Assembly: GCA_964016885.1 (NCBI GenBank)
Contig: OZ024750.1
Span: 41,416,001-41,480,000, forward strand
Source: Eledone cirrhosa
Taxonomy: Eukaryota
Reading direction: 5' to 3'
Length of the DNA: 64,000 nucleotides
The notes below the pieces were generated by a model. That model was not told where the DNA came from. It did no database searches and saw only the letters and a list, made by a program, of their open reading frames with translations. Of this stretch, positions 1-10,108 are shown in pieces (the first letter of the stretch is position 1; each line of letters starts with the position of its first letter). A program made the translations under genes and the position numbers.

Positions 1-632
1 CTTCATCTTTTCTCTCAGAGTTGTAATGTCCAGTTGCTTGCAGGTTTGTGTTTTCCGGACCGCCTGTGCAAAGGAGGTACCAGTAGTGGGTTCGCTTTGT
101 TTGGTGTTATCGTTATTTTTTCCTTGGTTGGTGTTGTGACTATTGCTGTTATTGTCGTTGTTGTTTTTGTCTGCGTTTATGTGACTTTCTGGGTTTTCAT
201 CCATTTTTTCAAATTTTTCTTTTAATTCCGTGTTCCATGTTTCTTTTGCAGAAGTCAGGAGGGAAGACTTAGAGCCTTGTGCTTCTAGCTTCTCTGTATC
301 ACCTTTCTTAGGGGGCGTGGCTTTCACGTTAGGATGAGATGTGAAAATTCCGTCCATTTCTATTAGTTTGCCGTAATAAATTTTTAACTGGAAAATTCGC
401 CCCAAAAAGGGGCGAAAATAAATAAACTCAAAGTTTGACGACCAAGGCAAGGGGTTAACGTATATTACAGTATAAAAAATTAATCAAAACTCACTTTTTG
501 AGTAAGTAAATCCGACTCGGTAGCCGAGCTTGTTCACACACGTCAACACACGTCTCTCGTATACGAGATGTTATGTGAGATATTATGTGAGGCAAAGCCT
601 TTACTGTGAAAATACAATAGTATATATACAGT
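1..632 (-). mobile_element. Tx1-like non-LTR retrotransposon copy C: 5' part only (ORF1 N-terminus, 5' UTR, one MITE-derived spacer unit); continues beyond the left edge
   Basis: 1-632 is near-identical to the 5' portions of copies A (from ~5709) and B (from ~11495). ORF1 ATG is at 357. It abuts the 3' end of copy A at 633. Confidence 0.9.
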
Positions 633-869
633 GGTTTCTTTATTTGCCACTAGGGTACAAAAGGTAGGGACAGATACAAGGGGGGAAGTTTACATATAAT
701 TAACGAGTACAAAAATATAACAATGAAATAACAACAACAAACGAAGTCCTCAATAGGGAGGGGGCATTAACATGGGTCGCACACACCCCGGAAAAAATGT
801 GCAACCCTTCTCCTCAGGAGCACAAAGAGTAGGTGCTTCCCTCGTCTCCTCTTTTTCCTCTTCTTTCAC

Positions 870-3800
870 CTACAGGCTGATATAGAGAGAAGACCCATTC
901 ACTCTGGCCATTCTCCCTACTTTCATCCACCTTTCATAAAACTTGCTGGGGTAGAGCACCTCTCTCTCCATTCTGATCCTTCTTTTAAAATGGTATTTGA
1001 AAAAGAGGACCAGTTGTTGGCCGGAGAGAAAGGTGTCTGACTTCAGCCCTTTCAGCCTCGTCCACCATACAACTTCTTTAGCCATGGCTATCACACAGAG
1101 AAAAACCGCCTCTCCTTCGTTTTTGAAAGGGGGAGGCGGTTTGATCGTGACAATGGACTCGGTGGTCAACCGGATTGGTCCCACCCTCGACAGTAGTCGT
1201 TCCACATAGCCCCACAGGTCAGCAATGCCTGGGCAGTGTACGAATGCGTGCGCAACGGTTTCGTCATCATGCACGCATCTCGGACAGATCTTATTCAAAG
1301 GATCTCTACCCAGGCTCCCATGCCTGTGGAGCTTGTCTCGAACGGGTAGAGCCCCTCGGTAGCACTGCCAAGCCAGGGACTTTTGGAAGTTGTCCATCGG
1401 TCCAGGGCCAAACGTCCTACCGAACAGACTGGCCAGTTCATCTTCCTCCATGCCTAGAGCTTCTCCGAGAGCATCGTCGCACCTGCTGCGTACCAACCCT
1501 CTATAGAATGTCGAGGTGGAGTCTCCACTGATTGCCGGGTCCGCTTTCCAGAGGGCCGTGAGCGCCTGGGCACATTCAATGTGCCAGTCGCCCACTTTTC
1601 TCGGTCTTTGCTTGACCCAGGATTGCAGCTCGGTGAGCGAGACGAGTCTGGGAAAGGCTCGCCTCACAAACGGGGCCCACACCGGTTGACCGGTGAGGAA
1701 TACCTGGAGGTGCCGTAGCCTTAATGCGTGTTTACGCATCTGTAGCCACGGCATCCCCAGCCCTCCTTTCGAAGGGTGTTGACAGCAGATGGATCTCCTC
1801 ACCAAAGGGGTCCGCTTGTTCCAAAGAAATTGGAACAGCGCGCACTCCATTTTGGCGAGGCTTTTCACTGGGCAAGGCACGACGGTCAAGCGGTAGTAGA
1901 TGACGGATGCTATATAAGTATTCGCCACCTCCGCTCGACCTTTCAGGGATAGTTTGCACTGGGCCCACTTCTGGGTGAGTGCAAACACCCTGGCCGTTAC
2001 CTCGTTCCAGTTTTTCTCCACCTGGAGGTCTGGTCCGAACCAGACCCCAAGCAGCTTCACCGGGCCCTCCGTCCAGCGTCCGACGACGTCGTTGGAGGGC
2101 ATCGGTTTGCCTCTCCATGTTCCGAGTTGCAAACCGACGGACTTGTCCCGGTTCAGCTTGGCTCCTGTAAACCTTTCATATTCCTCCAGTAAGGTGCCGA
2201 TCTCACCGATTTGCGAGGTTTTCGACACCATTACTGTCACGTCATCGGCGTAGGCCGACGCCGCTTTCTGCAATCCCGGTTCCAAAGGGATGCCCTGCAA
2301 CCGCTCCAACTTCCGCAGTAGTGGCTCAAGAGCCAGCACATACAGTAGGGAGGAGAGAGGGCATCCCTGTCGGATGGATCGCATGATTTGGAACGGCTCC
2401 GAGAGGTGGCCGTTCACCTTGACCCTTGAGCAGACGTTGCTGCTGTGCATCGCAGAAATCCAACCCCTGAAAACGGGTCCGAAGCCTGCCGCCGCGAGCA
2501 CCGCATCCAGGTAACGATGGTCAACCCTATCGAAAGCTTTAGATTGATCCAAGTTGATCAGGGCCCCACCAAAGCCGGGTTCATTCCCTACCCTCTCTAT
2601 GATGTATCGCATAAGGTGGAGATTGTCGTGAATGGACCTGGACGGGATTGCGCATGTCTGCGCTTCTCCCACCAGGTTTCCAACGACAAGCGCCAACCTC
2701 TTCGCTAAGACCTTGGCCAAAATACTTAACTCTGTATTTAGCAGAGTTATGGGCCTGAAGTTACTTATGTCATCCCCCTTGTTCTCATCCTTCCTCACCA
2801 GCGTAACTACGCCCTTGGTCACAGAACTGGGAATTCTCCCGTTCTGCTGCCAGTTGCAGTAGACCGCTTCGAGGATATCGGAGAACAAGTCCGGCATCGC
2901 TACATATAGCTCGTATGGTAGACCATCGAGACCCGGGGATTTGCGTTTGCCGCATTGGCTCAGCGCCGCCCCTATCTCAGCAGCTGAAATCGTCCTTTCG
3001 CAGGACTTCGCCTCCGCGTCCGAGAGGCGCGGCAGACCGTCGAGGTATGGATTGAAATCCATAGTCTCACCCGGCGCGCCGCCCCTCTCGAACAGTCGTG
3101 CAAAGTGCCGCTGAAAGGCCGCACACATCTGCCCAGGTTCAAGGATCACACGCCCATCCTGGTCCTTCAAAGACCGAATCGTGGACTTGTTCCCACTTTT
3201 TGCCTCTGTCACTCGGGCCCAGCTTACAGCTTTGGCTCCCTCATTACCCAGAGCACGTATTTTACTCCTGACAACGCAGCCTTCATGCTTCACCTCAAAG
3301 AACTGGTCTAAGGCCATTCTTGATGCCAGCACGCCGGCTACATTGCCACTCCTAATCGCCTCTTCTACTCTATCTACTAATTCCCTTTCCGTCTTGTTCC
3401 TATCCCTTGCTAATTCCTGACTAAAACCTATCGATTCTATTCTAATTGCTCTCTTAAGAGAGCTCCACCACCTGTTGTTGACAATTGCCCCTGTCAAACT
3501 CTGCTTGACTAACGTGCTAATCCGTTTACTGTAAGCTTTGCTTCTCGGTAAGGACAAGTTCAGCTTCCAGTAACCGGGTCCCTGTCTATGGGTTCTATCA
3601 AGGTTGGCTATGCAGGTCACTAACTTGTGATCCGAATAGTCAACCATGAACATTTTTGGACAGCTAAATGTGTCCCTATCGTTCTCTCTAACTAGGACCC
3701 TATCTAGGTACGACCTAGATGTTCCACTGCGATTGGTCCACGTCCATAGTGGTACAGTCGGAAAATCTAGTCGATATCTATCGGCCAGGTCAAATCGGCC

Positions 3801-4307
3801 GATTAACCTTTTGAGGCTTTTACACCCCCCTCTATTGGCACATGCCCCTACATAGTCCCAACGTGCATCCAGGATACCATTCCAGTCCCCCACTAAAAGC
3901 AAGGAGCGGGACGTTCCCAGAAAAGTTTCCAGACGTTGGAAGTATTCCGGCCGCGCTGCCCAAAAAGGGGCGTACACAGCTATTAGTCTAAGGGCTCCAC
4001 TTTCACTACTGCCGACGTCTAAAACCACCAGTCGACCCTCCGGGTCCAGGTGCACCTTCTGTATGGCGAGGCCCAGGTGTTTTCGCAGCAGAACGACAAC
4101 TCCACCCCCACCCCCCGGTTGACAGAGAGATGCGAAGATCTCAAAGTCGTCGAAGAGGGGCGCCAGTTGGTGCTCGCTGCTGATCATGGACTCGCAAATA
4201 GCCATTACATCCATTCTATGCGACCTGAGATCGTTTAAAAGTTTGCCTTGTTTCCAAGACAGTCCCAGGCCACGTACATTCAGACACCCAACTCTTATAT
4301 CAGCCAT
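870..4307 (-). CDS. ORF2p: APE endonuclease, reverse transcriptase and C-terminal CCHC zinc finger (1145 aa)
   Basis: APE motifs CLNVRG, VYAP, GDWN, LDR, SDH. RT motifs PGLDG, FRPITLLN, DQSKAFD, QGCPLS, YADD. Also GGLG and C-terminal CPRC..ETVAHAFVHC, typical of L1/Tx1 ORF2. Confidence 0.96.
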   Translation of the reverse strand: MADIRVGCLNVRGLGLSWKQGKLLNDLRSHRMDVMAICESMISSEHQLAPLFDDFEIFASLCQPGGGGGVVVLLRKHLGLAIQKVHLDPEGRLVVLDVGSSESGALRLIAVYAPFWAARPEYFQRLETFLGTSRSLLLVGDWNGILDARWDYVGACANRGGCKSLKRLIGRFDLADRYRLDFPTVPLWTWTNRSGTSRSYLDRVLVRENDRDTFSCPKMFMVDYSDHKLVTCIANLDRTHRQGPGYWKLNLSLPRSKAYSKRISTLVKQSLTGAIVNNRWWSSLKRAIRIESIGFSQELARDRNKTERELVDRVEEAIRSGNVAGVLASRMALDQFFEVKHEGCVVRSKIRALGNEGAKAVSWARVTEAKSGNKSTIRSLKDQDGRVILEPGQMCAAFQRHFARLFERGGAPGETMDFNPYLDGLPRLSDAEAKSCERTISAAEIGAALSQCGKRKSPGLDGLPYELYVAMPDLFSDILEAVYCNWQQNGRIPSSVTKGVVTLVRKDENKGDDISNFRPITLLNTELSILAKVLAKRLALVVGNLVGEAQTCAIPSRSIHDNLHLMRYIIERVGNEPGFGGALINLDQSKAFDRVDHRYLDAVLAAAGFGPVFRGWISAMHSSNVCSRVKVNGHLSEPFQIMRSIRQGCPLSSLLYVLALEPLLRKLERLQGIPLEPGLQKAASAYADDVTVMVSKTSQIGEIGTLLEEYERFTGAKLNRDKSVGLQLGTWRGKPMPSNDVVGRWTEGPVKLLGVWFGPDLQVEKNWNEVTARVFALTQKWAQCKLSLKGRAEVANTYIASVIYYRLTVVPCPVKSLAKMECALFQFLWNKRTPLVRRSICCQHPSKGGLGMPWLQMRKHALRLRHLQVFLTGQPVWAPFVRRAFPRLVSLTELQSWVKQRPRKVGDWHIECAQALTALWKADPAISGDSTSTFYRGLVRSRCDDALGEALGMEEDELASLFGRTFGPGPMDNFQKSLAWQCYRGALPVRDKLHRHGSLGRDPLNKICPRCVHDDETVAHAFVHCPGIADLWGYVERLLSRVGPIRLTTESIVTIKPPPPFKNEGEAVFLCVIAMAKEVVWWTRLKGLKSDTFLSGQQLVLFFKYHFKRRIRMEREVLYPSKFYERWMKVGRMARVNGSSLYISL

Positions 4308-4328
4308 GTTGGTTAAAAGAGGAAGGAC

Positions 4329-6065
4329 CTACCTGTTCGGCTCCTGAGGAGCAGGTTGCACAATATCCATGGGCGTATTGGAGGGGTTGTTTGGAGGGGT
4401 GTTGTTCTGTGGTGGAGTGGGGGTGTTTGGTGAGGTGTGGGTGGGGAAACGTTTCAAGAGGACACGGTTATAGGGTCGAGTACATGTTTTCCCCACGTCC
4501 TCAGGAAAGTTCTCTCTTAGTTTTGCATAGGTGTCCATTGGGAGTCTTATCATTTTTAAATGCGGTTTGTTGGCCGCGCTTGCAAAGAATTGCCCTTCAG
4601 TTTCCACCGAAGGGTCTTTGTGTATTGTTTTTACTAGTTCTTTGTTATTTGTGTTAATGTATGTATACTGTTTTATTTGTGTTGTGTTTGTTTGTTGTTC
4701 TTGTGTGTGCTTACGTTTTGTTGTATGTGTTATGTTTTGGGGTGGGGCGGATTTTGTTTGTTCTGTTTGTTTTGTTTTTGTTGGTGGTTGTGTGTTTGTT
4801 TCGTTTATGTTCGAGTGGTGCTTTCTTTTTTTCCTTTTTACAGGTTGGAAGGGTTCCCCCTCTTCGTCACTAGGTGCCGTTTCAGCTGGGTCCTCGTCCG
4901 TGCTGTCGGGTAGTGGTGTATTTTGGGGTTTTGTTGTATTTGTGTGTGTTTTGGGAGTTGTTTTGGGTGGGGCCGTGTCTTGTGTTATTTTTCCGTGTTG
5001 TTTTTGTTGTTGTTGTTGTGGTGGTGGTGGTGGAGGTAGTGGTGGTGGCGGTGGTGGTGTGTGGGGTGTAGGCAAAAGAGCCTTTTTTTTTGTCAATTGA
5101 GGACAAGCAGCCCTTAGATGACCCCTGCTTGAACAGTAGTAACATATGGGCCTCCTACCCTCGGCTGAAATATATATAAATGTTTCTCCATCGAGGGACA
5201 GCCTCTGTGGTATTCTAGCTATTCGTTCTGGTCTCATTTGGACCAGAACCTCCACGCTCAAACCGCCGAAAACGTCTGTGGTGACTTCTCCTACTGAGAG
5301 GATTCCGTCCTCGTCTTCTAAAAATCCTGTTAGTACCCAGGAAATGCATGCATTTGGCCGGATTCCGGAGACCCTTATCTTCTGCGTTCTTTTCCCTAAA
5401 TATGTGGGGAAAAATGTATGTAGCTTGGAAACAATTGGCGCCACAGAGGATTTCCTGGCCGTCAATTGATCCTTCATTAGGACCGTTATATTCCCATAGA
5501 GTGGCCCTTTTTGTATGAACGATATATCACTCCACACATTTTTTAGGACCAGCTCAATCTCTTTTTGGGATAATTGAGCTGGTTTCCTTGTTATGTTGGA
5601 AATTGTTCTGAAAGATATCGTTCTTAGCGTCGTGTCTCTTTTGATTTCTTGTGGGGAGGTGATTGTGAAGTCTCCTCCTTCTTTGAAAGTTACATACTGT
5701 TTCGCTTCCTTCATCTTTTCTCTCAGAGTTGTAATGTCCAGTTGCTTGCAGGTTTGTGTTTTCCGGACCGCCTGTGCAAAGGAGGCACCAGTAGTGGGTT
5801 CGCTTTGTTTGGTGCTATCGTTATTTTTTCCTTGGTTGGTGTTGTGACTATTGCTGTTATTGTCGTTGTTGTTTTTGTCTGCGTTTATGTGACTTTCTGG
5901 GTTTTCACCCATTTTTACAAATTTTTCTTTTAATTCCGTGTTCCATGTTTCTTTTGCAGAAGTCAGGAGGGAAGACTTAGAGCCTTGTGCTTCTAGCTTC
6001 TCTGTATCACCTTTCTTAGGGGGCGTGGCTTTCACGTTAGGATGAGATGTGAAAATTCCGTCCAT
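4329..6065 (-). CDS. ORF1p: gag-like nucleic-acid-binding protein with one CCHC zinc knuckle (~578 aa from first ATG)
   Basis: CYYCSSRGHLRAAC (CX2CX4HX4C), SFAQAV motif, poly-Pro/Gln tract and basic KRKKRK. The ORF track starts at a TTG (6158); the first ATG is at 6065. Confidence 0.88.
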   Translation of the reverse strand: MDGIFTSHPNVKATPPKKGDTEKLEAQGSKSSLLTSAKETWNTELKEKFVKMGENPESHINADKNNNDNNSNSHNTNQGKNNDSTKQSEPTTGASFAQAVRKTQTCKQLDITTLREKMKEAKQYVTFKEGGDFTITSPQEIKRDTTLRTISFRTISNITRKPAQLSQKEIELVLKNVWSDISFIQKGPLYGNITVLMKDQLTARKSSVAPIVSKLHTFFPTYLGKRTQKIRVSGIRPNACISWVLTGFLEDEDGILSVGEVTTDVFGGLSVEVLVQMRPERIARIPQRLSLDGETFIYISAEGRRPICYYCSSRGHLRAACPQLTKKKALLPTPHTPPPPPPLPPPPPPQQQQQKQHGKITQDTAPPKTTPKTHTNTTKPQNTPLPDSTDEDPAETAPSDEEGEPFQPVKRKKRKHHSNINETNTQPPTKTKQTEQTKSAPPQNITHTTKRKHTQEQQTNTTQIKQYTYINTNNKELVKTIHKDPSVETEGQFFASAANKPHLKMIRLPMDTYAKLRENFPEDVGKTCTRPYNRVLLKRFPTHTSPNTPTPPQNNTPPNNPSNTPMDIVQPAPQEPNR

Positions 6066-6648
6066 TTCTATTAGTTTGCCGTAATAAGCTTTTAACTGGA
6101 AAATTCGCCCCAAAAAGGGGCGAAGATAAATAAACTCAAAGTTTGACGACCAAGGCAAGGGGTTAACGTATATTACAGTATAAAAAATTAATCAAAACTC
6201 ACTTTTGAGTAAGTAAATCCGACTCGGTAGCCGAGCTTGTTCACACACGTCAACACACGTCTCTCGTATACGAGATGTTATGTGAGATATTATGTGAGGT
6301 GAAGCCTTTACTGTGAAAATACAATAGTATATATAGAGTAATGTAAATGTTATGTGAGATATTATGTGAGGTAAAGGCTTTACTGTGAAAATACAATAAT
6401 ATATATAGAGTGGTTTCTTTATTTGCCACTAGGGCACAAAAGGTAGGGACAGATACAAGGGGGGAAGTTTACATATAATTAACGAGTACAAAAATATAAC
6501 AATGAAATAACAACAACAAACGAAGTCCTCAATAGGGAGGGGGCATTAACATGGGTCGCACACACCCCGGAAAAAATGTGTAACCCTTCTCCTCAGGAGC
6601 ACAAAGAGTAGGTGCTTCCCTCGTCTCCGCTTTTTCCTCTTCTTTCAC

Positions 6649-9600
6649 CTACAGGCTGATATAGAGAGAAGACCCATTCACTCTGGCCATTCTCCCTACT
6701 TTCACCCACCTTTCATAAAACTTGCTGGGGTAGAGCACCTCTCTCTCCATTCTGATCCTTCTTTTAAAATGGTATTTGAAAAAGGGGACCAGTTGTTGGC
6801 CGGAGAGAAAGGTGTCTGACCTCAGCCCTTTCAGCCTCGTCCACCATACAACTTCTTTAGCCATGGCTACCACACAGAGAAAAACCGCCTCTCCTTCGTT
6901 TTTGAAAGGGGGAGGCGGTTTGATCGTGACAATGGACTCGGTGGTCAACCGGATTGGTCCCACCCTCGACAGTAGTCGTTCCACATAGCCCCACAGGTCA
7001 GCAATGCCTGGGCAGTGTACGAATGCGTGCGCAACGGTTTCGTCATCATGCACGCATCTCGGACAGATCTTATTCAAAGGATCTCTACCCAGGCTCCCAT
7101 GCCTGTGGAGCTTGTCTCGAACGGGTAGAGCCCCTCGGTAGCACTGCCAAGCCAGGGACTTTTGGAAGTTGTCCATCGGTCCAGGGCCAAACGTCCTACC
7201 GAACAGACTGGCCAGTTCATCTTCCTCCATGCCTAGAGCTTCTCCGAGAGCATCGTCGCACCTGCTGCGTACCAACCCTCTATAGAATGTCGAGGTGGAG
7301 TCTCCACTGATTGCCGGGTCCGCTTTCCAGAGGGCCGTGAGCGCCTGGGCACATTCAATGTGCCAGTCGCCCACTTTTCTCGGTCTTTGCTTGACCCAGG
7401 ATTGCAGCTCGGTGAGCGAGACGAGTCTGGGAAAGGCTCGCCTCACAAACGGGGCCCACACCGGTTGACCGGTGAGGAATACCTGGAGGTGCCGTAGCCT
7501 TAATGCGTGTTTACGCATCTGTAGCCACGGCATCCCCAGCCCTCCTTTCGAAGGGTGTTGACAGCAGATGGATCTCCTCACCAAAGGGGTCCGCTTGTTC
7601 CAAAGAAATTGGAACAGCGCGCACTCCATTTTGGCGAGTCTTTTCACTGGGCAAGGCACGACGGTCAAGCGGTAGTAGATGACGGATGCTATATAAGTAT
7701 TCGCCACCTCCGCTCGACCTTTCAGGGATAGTTTGCACTGGGCCCACTTCTGGGTGAGTGCAAACACCCTGGCCGTTACCTCGTTCCAGTTTTTCTCCAC
7801 CTGGAGGTCTGGTCCGAACCAGACCCCAAGCAGCTTCACCGGGCCCTCCGTCCAGCGTCCGACGACGTCGTTGGAGGGCATCGGTTTGCCTCTCCATGTT
7901 CCGAGTTGCAAACCGACGGACTTGTCCCGGTTCAGCTTGGCTCCTGTAAACCTTTCATATTCCTCCAGTAAGGTGCCGATCTCACCGATTTGCGAGGTTT
8001 TCGACACCATTACTGTCACGTCATCGGCGTAGGCCGACGCCGCTTTCTGCAATCCCGGTTCCAAAGGGATGCCCTGCAACCGCTCCAACTTCCGCAGTAG
8101 TGGCTCAAGAGCCAGCACATACAGTAGGGAGGAGAGAGGGCATCCCTGTCGGATGGATCGCATGATTTGGAACGGCTCCGAGAGGTGGCCGTTCACCTTG
8201 ACCCTTGAGCAGACGTTGCTGCTGTGCATCGCAGCAATCCAACCCCTGAAAACGGGTCCGAAGCCTGCCGCCGCGAGCACCGCATCCAGGTAACGATGGT
8301 CAACCCTATCGAAAGCTTTAGATTGATCCAAGTTGATCAGGGCCCCACCAAAGCCGGGTTCATTCCCTACCCTCTCTATGATGTATCGCATAAGGTGGAG
8401 ATTGTCGTGAATGGACCTGGACGGGATTGCGCATGTCTGCGCTTCTCCCACCAGGTTTCCAACGACAAGCGCCAACCTCTTCGCTAACACCTTGGCCAAA
8501 ATCTTTAACTCTGTATTTAGCAGAGTTATGGGCCTGAAGTTACTTATGTCATCCCCCTTGTTCTCATCCTTCCTCACCAGCGTAACTACGCCCTTGGTCA
8601 CAGAACTGGGAATTCTCCCGTTCTGCTGCCAGTTGCAGTAGACCGCTTCGAGGATATCGGAGAACAAGTCCGGCATCGCTACATATAGCTCGTATGGTAG
8701 ACCATCGAGACCCGGGGATTTGCGTTTGCCGCATTGGCTCAGCGCCGCCCCTATCTCAGCAGCTGAAATCGTCCTTTCGCAGGACTTCGCCTCCGCGTCC
8801 GAGAGGCGCGGCAGACCGTCGAGGTATGGATTGAAATCCATAGTCTCACCCGGCGCGCCGCCCCTCTCGAACAGTCGTGCAAAGTGCCGCTGAAAGGCCG
8901 CACACATCTGCCCAGGTTCAAGGATCACACGCCCATCCTGGTCCTTCAAAGACCGAATCGTGGACTTGTTCCCACTTTTTGCCTCTGTCACTCGGGCCCA
9001 GCTCACAGCTTTGGCTCCCTCATTACCCAGAGCACGTATTTTACTCCTGACAACGCAGCCTTCATGCTTCACCTCAAAGAACTGGTCTAAGGCCATTCTT
9101 GATGCCAGCACGCCGGCTACATTGCCACTCCTAATCGCCTCTTCTACTCTATCTACTAATTCCCTTTCCGTCTTGTTCCTATCCCTTGCTAATTCCTGAC
9201 TAAAACCTATCGATTCTATTCTAATTGCTCTCTTAAGAGAGCTCCACCACCTGTTGTTGACAATTGCCCCTGTCAAACTCTGCTTGACTAACGTGCTAAT
9301 CCGTTTACTGTAAGCTTTGCTTCTCGGTAAGGACAAGTTCAGCTTCCAGTAACCGTGTCTCCTGTCTATGGGTTCTATCAAGGTTGGCTATGCAGGTCAC
9401 TAACTTGTGATCCGAATAGTCAACCATGAACATTTTTGGACAGCTAAATGTGTCCCTATCGTTCTCTCTAACTAGGACCCTATCTAGGTACGACCTAGAT
9501 GTTCCACTGCGATTGGTCCACGTCCATAGTGGTACAGTCGGAAAATCTAGTCGATATCTATCGGCCAGGTCAAATCGGCCGATTAACCTTTTGAGGCTTT

Positions 9601-10087
9601 TACACCCCCCTCTATTGGCACATGCCCCTACATAGTCCCAACGTGCATCCAGGATACCATTCCAGTCCCCCACTAAAAGCAAGGAGCGGGACGTTCCCAG
9701 AAAAGTTTCCAGACGTTGGAAGTATTCCGGCCGCGCTGCCCAAAAAGGGGCGTACACAGCTATTAGTCTAAGGGCTCCACTTTCACTACTGCCGACGTCT
9801 AAAACCACCAGTCGACCCTCCGGGTCCAGGTGCACCTTCTGTATGGCGAGGCCCAGGTGTTTTCGCAGCAGAACGACAACTCCACCCCCACCCCCCGGTT
9901 GACAGAGGGATGCGAAGATCTCAAAGTCGTCGAAGAGGGGCGCCAGTTGGTGCTCGCTGCTGATCCTGGACTCGCAAATAGCCATTACATCCATTCTATG
10001 CGACCTGAGATCGTTTAAAAGTTTGCCTTGTTTCCAAGACAGTCCCAGGCCACGTACATTCAGACACCCAACTCTTATATCAGCCAT
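6649..10087 (-). pseudogene. ORF2 of copy B, split by a +1 frameshift at ~9355-9362
   Basis: Split into ORFs 9305-10087 (APE) and 6649-9381 (RT). The + strand reads aaccgtgtctcctgtc here versus aaccgggtccctgtc in copy A. Confidence 0.9.
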
Positions 10088-10108
10088 GTTGGTTAAAAGA
10101 GGAAGGAC

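Larger units (their letters stand above)
633..6411 (-). mobile_element. Tx1-like (L1 clade) non-LTR retrotransposon copy A, full length with both ORFs intact
   Basis: ORF1 and ORF2 are separated by 21 bp. The 3' UTR is 633-869 with AATAAA (minus strand, 639-644). Repeat period with copy B is 5779 bp. Confidence 0.93.

Noticed and set aside
555-6411. LTRs or LTR retrotransposon
   Set aside because: The direct repeats are MITE-derived spacers. The protein is APE-RT with no protease, RNase H or integrase, and there is no TG..CA or PBS.
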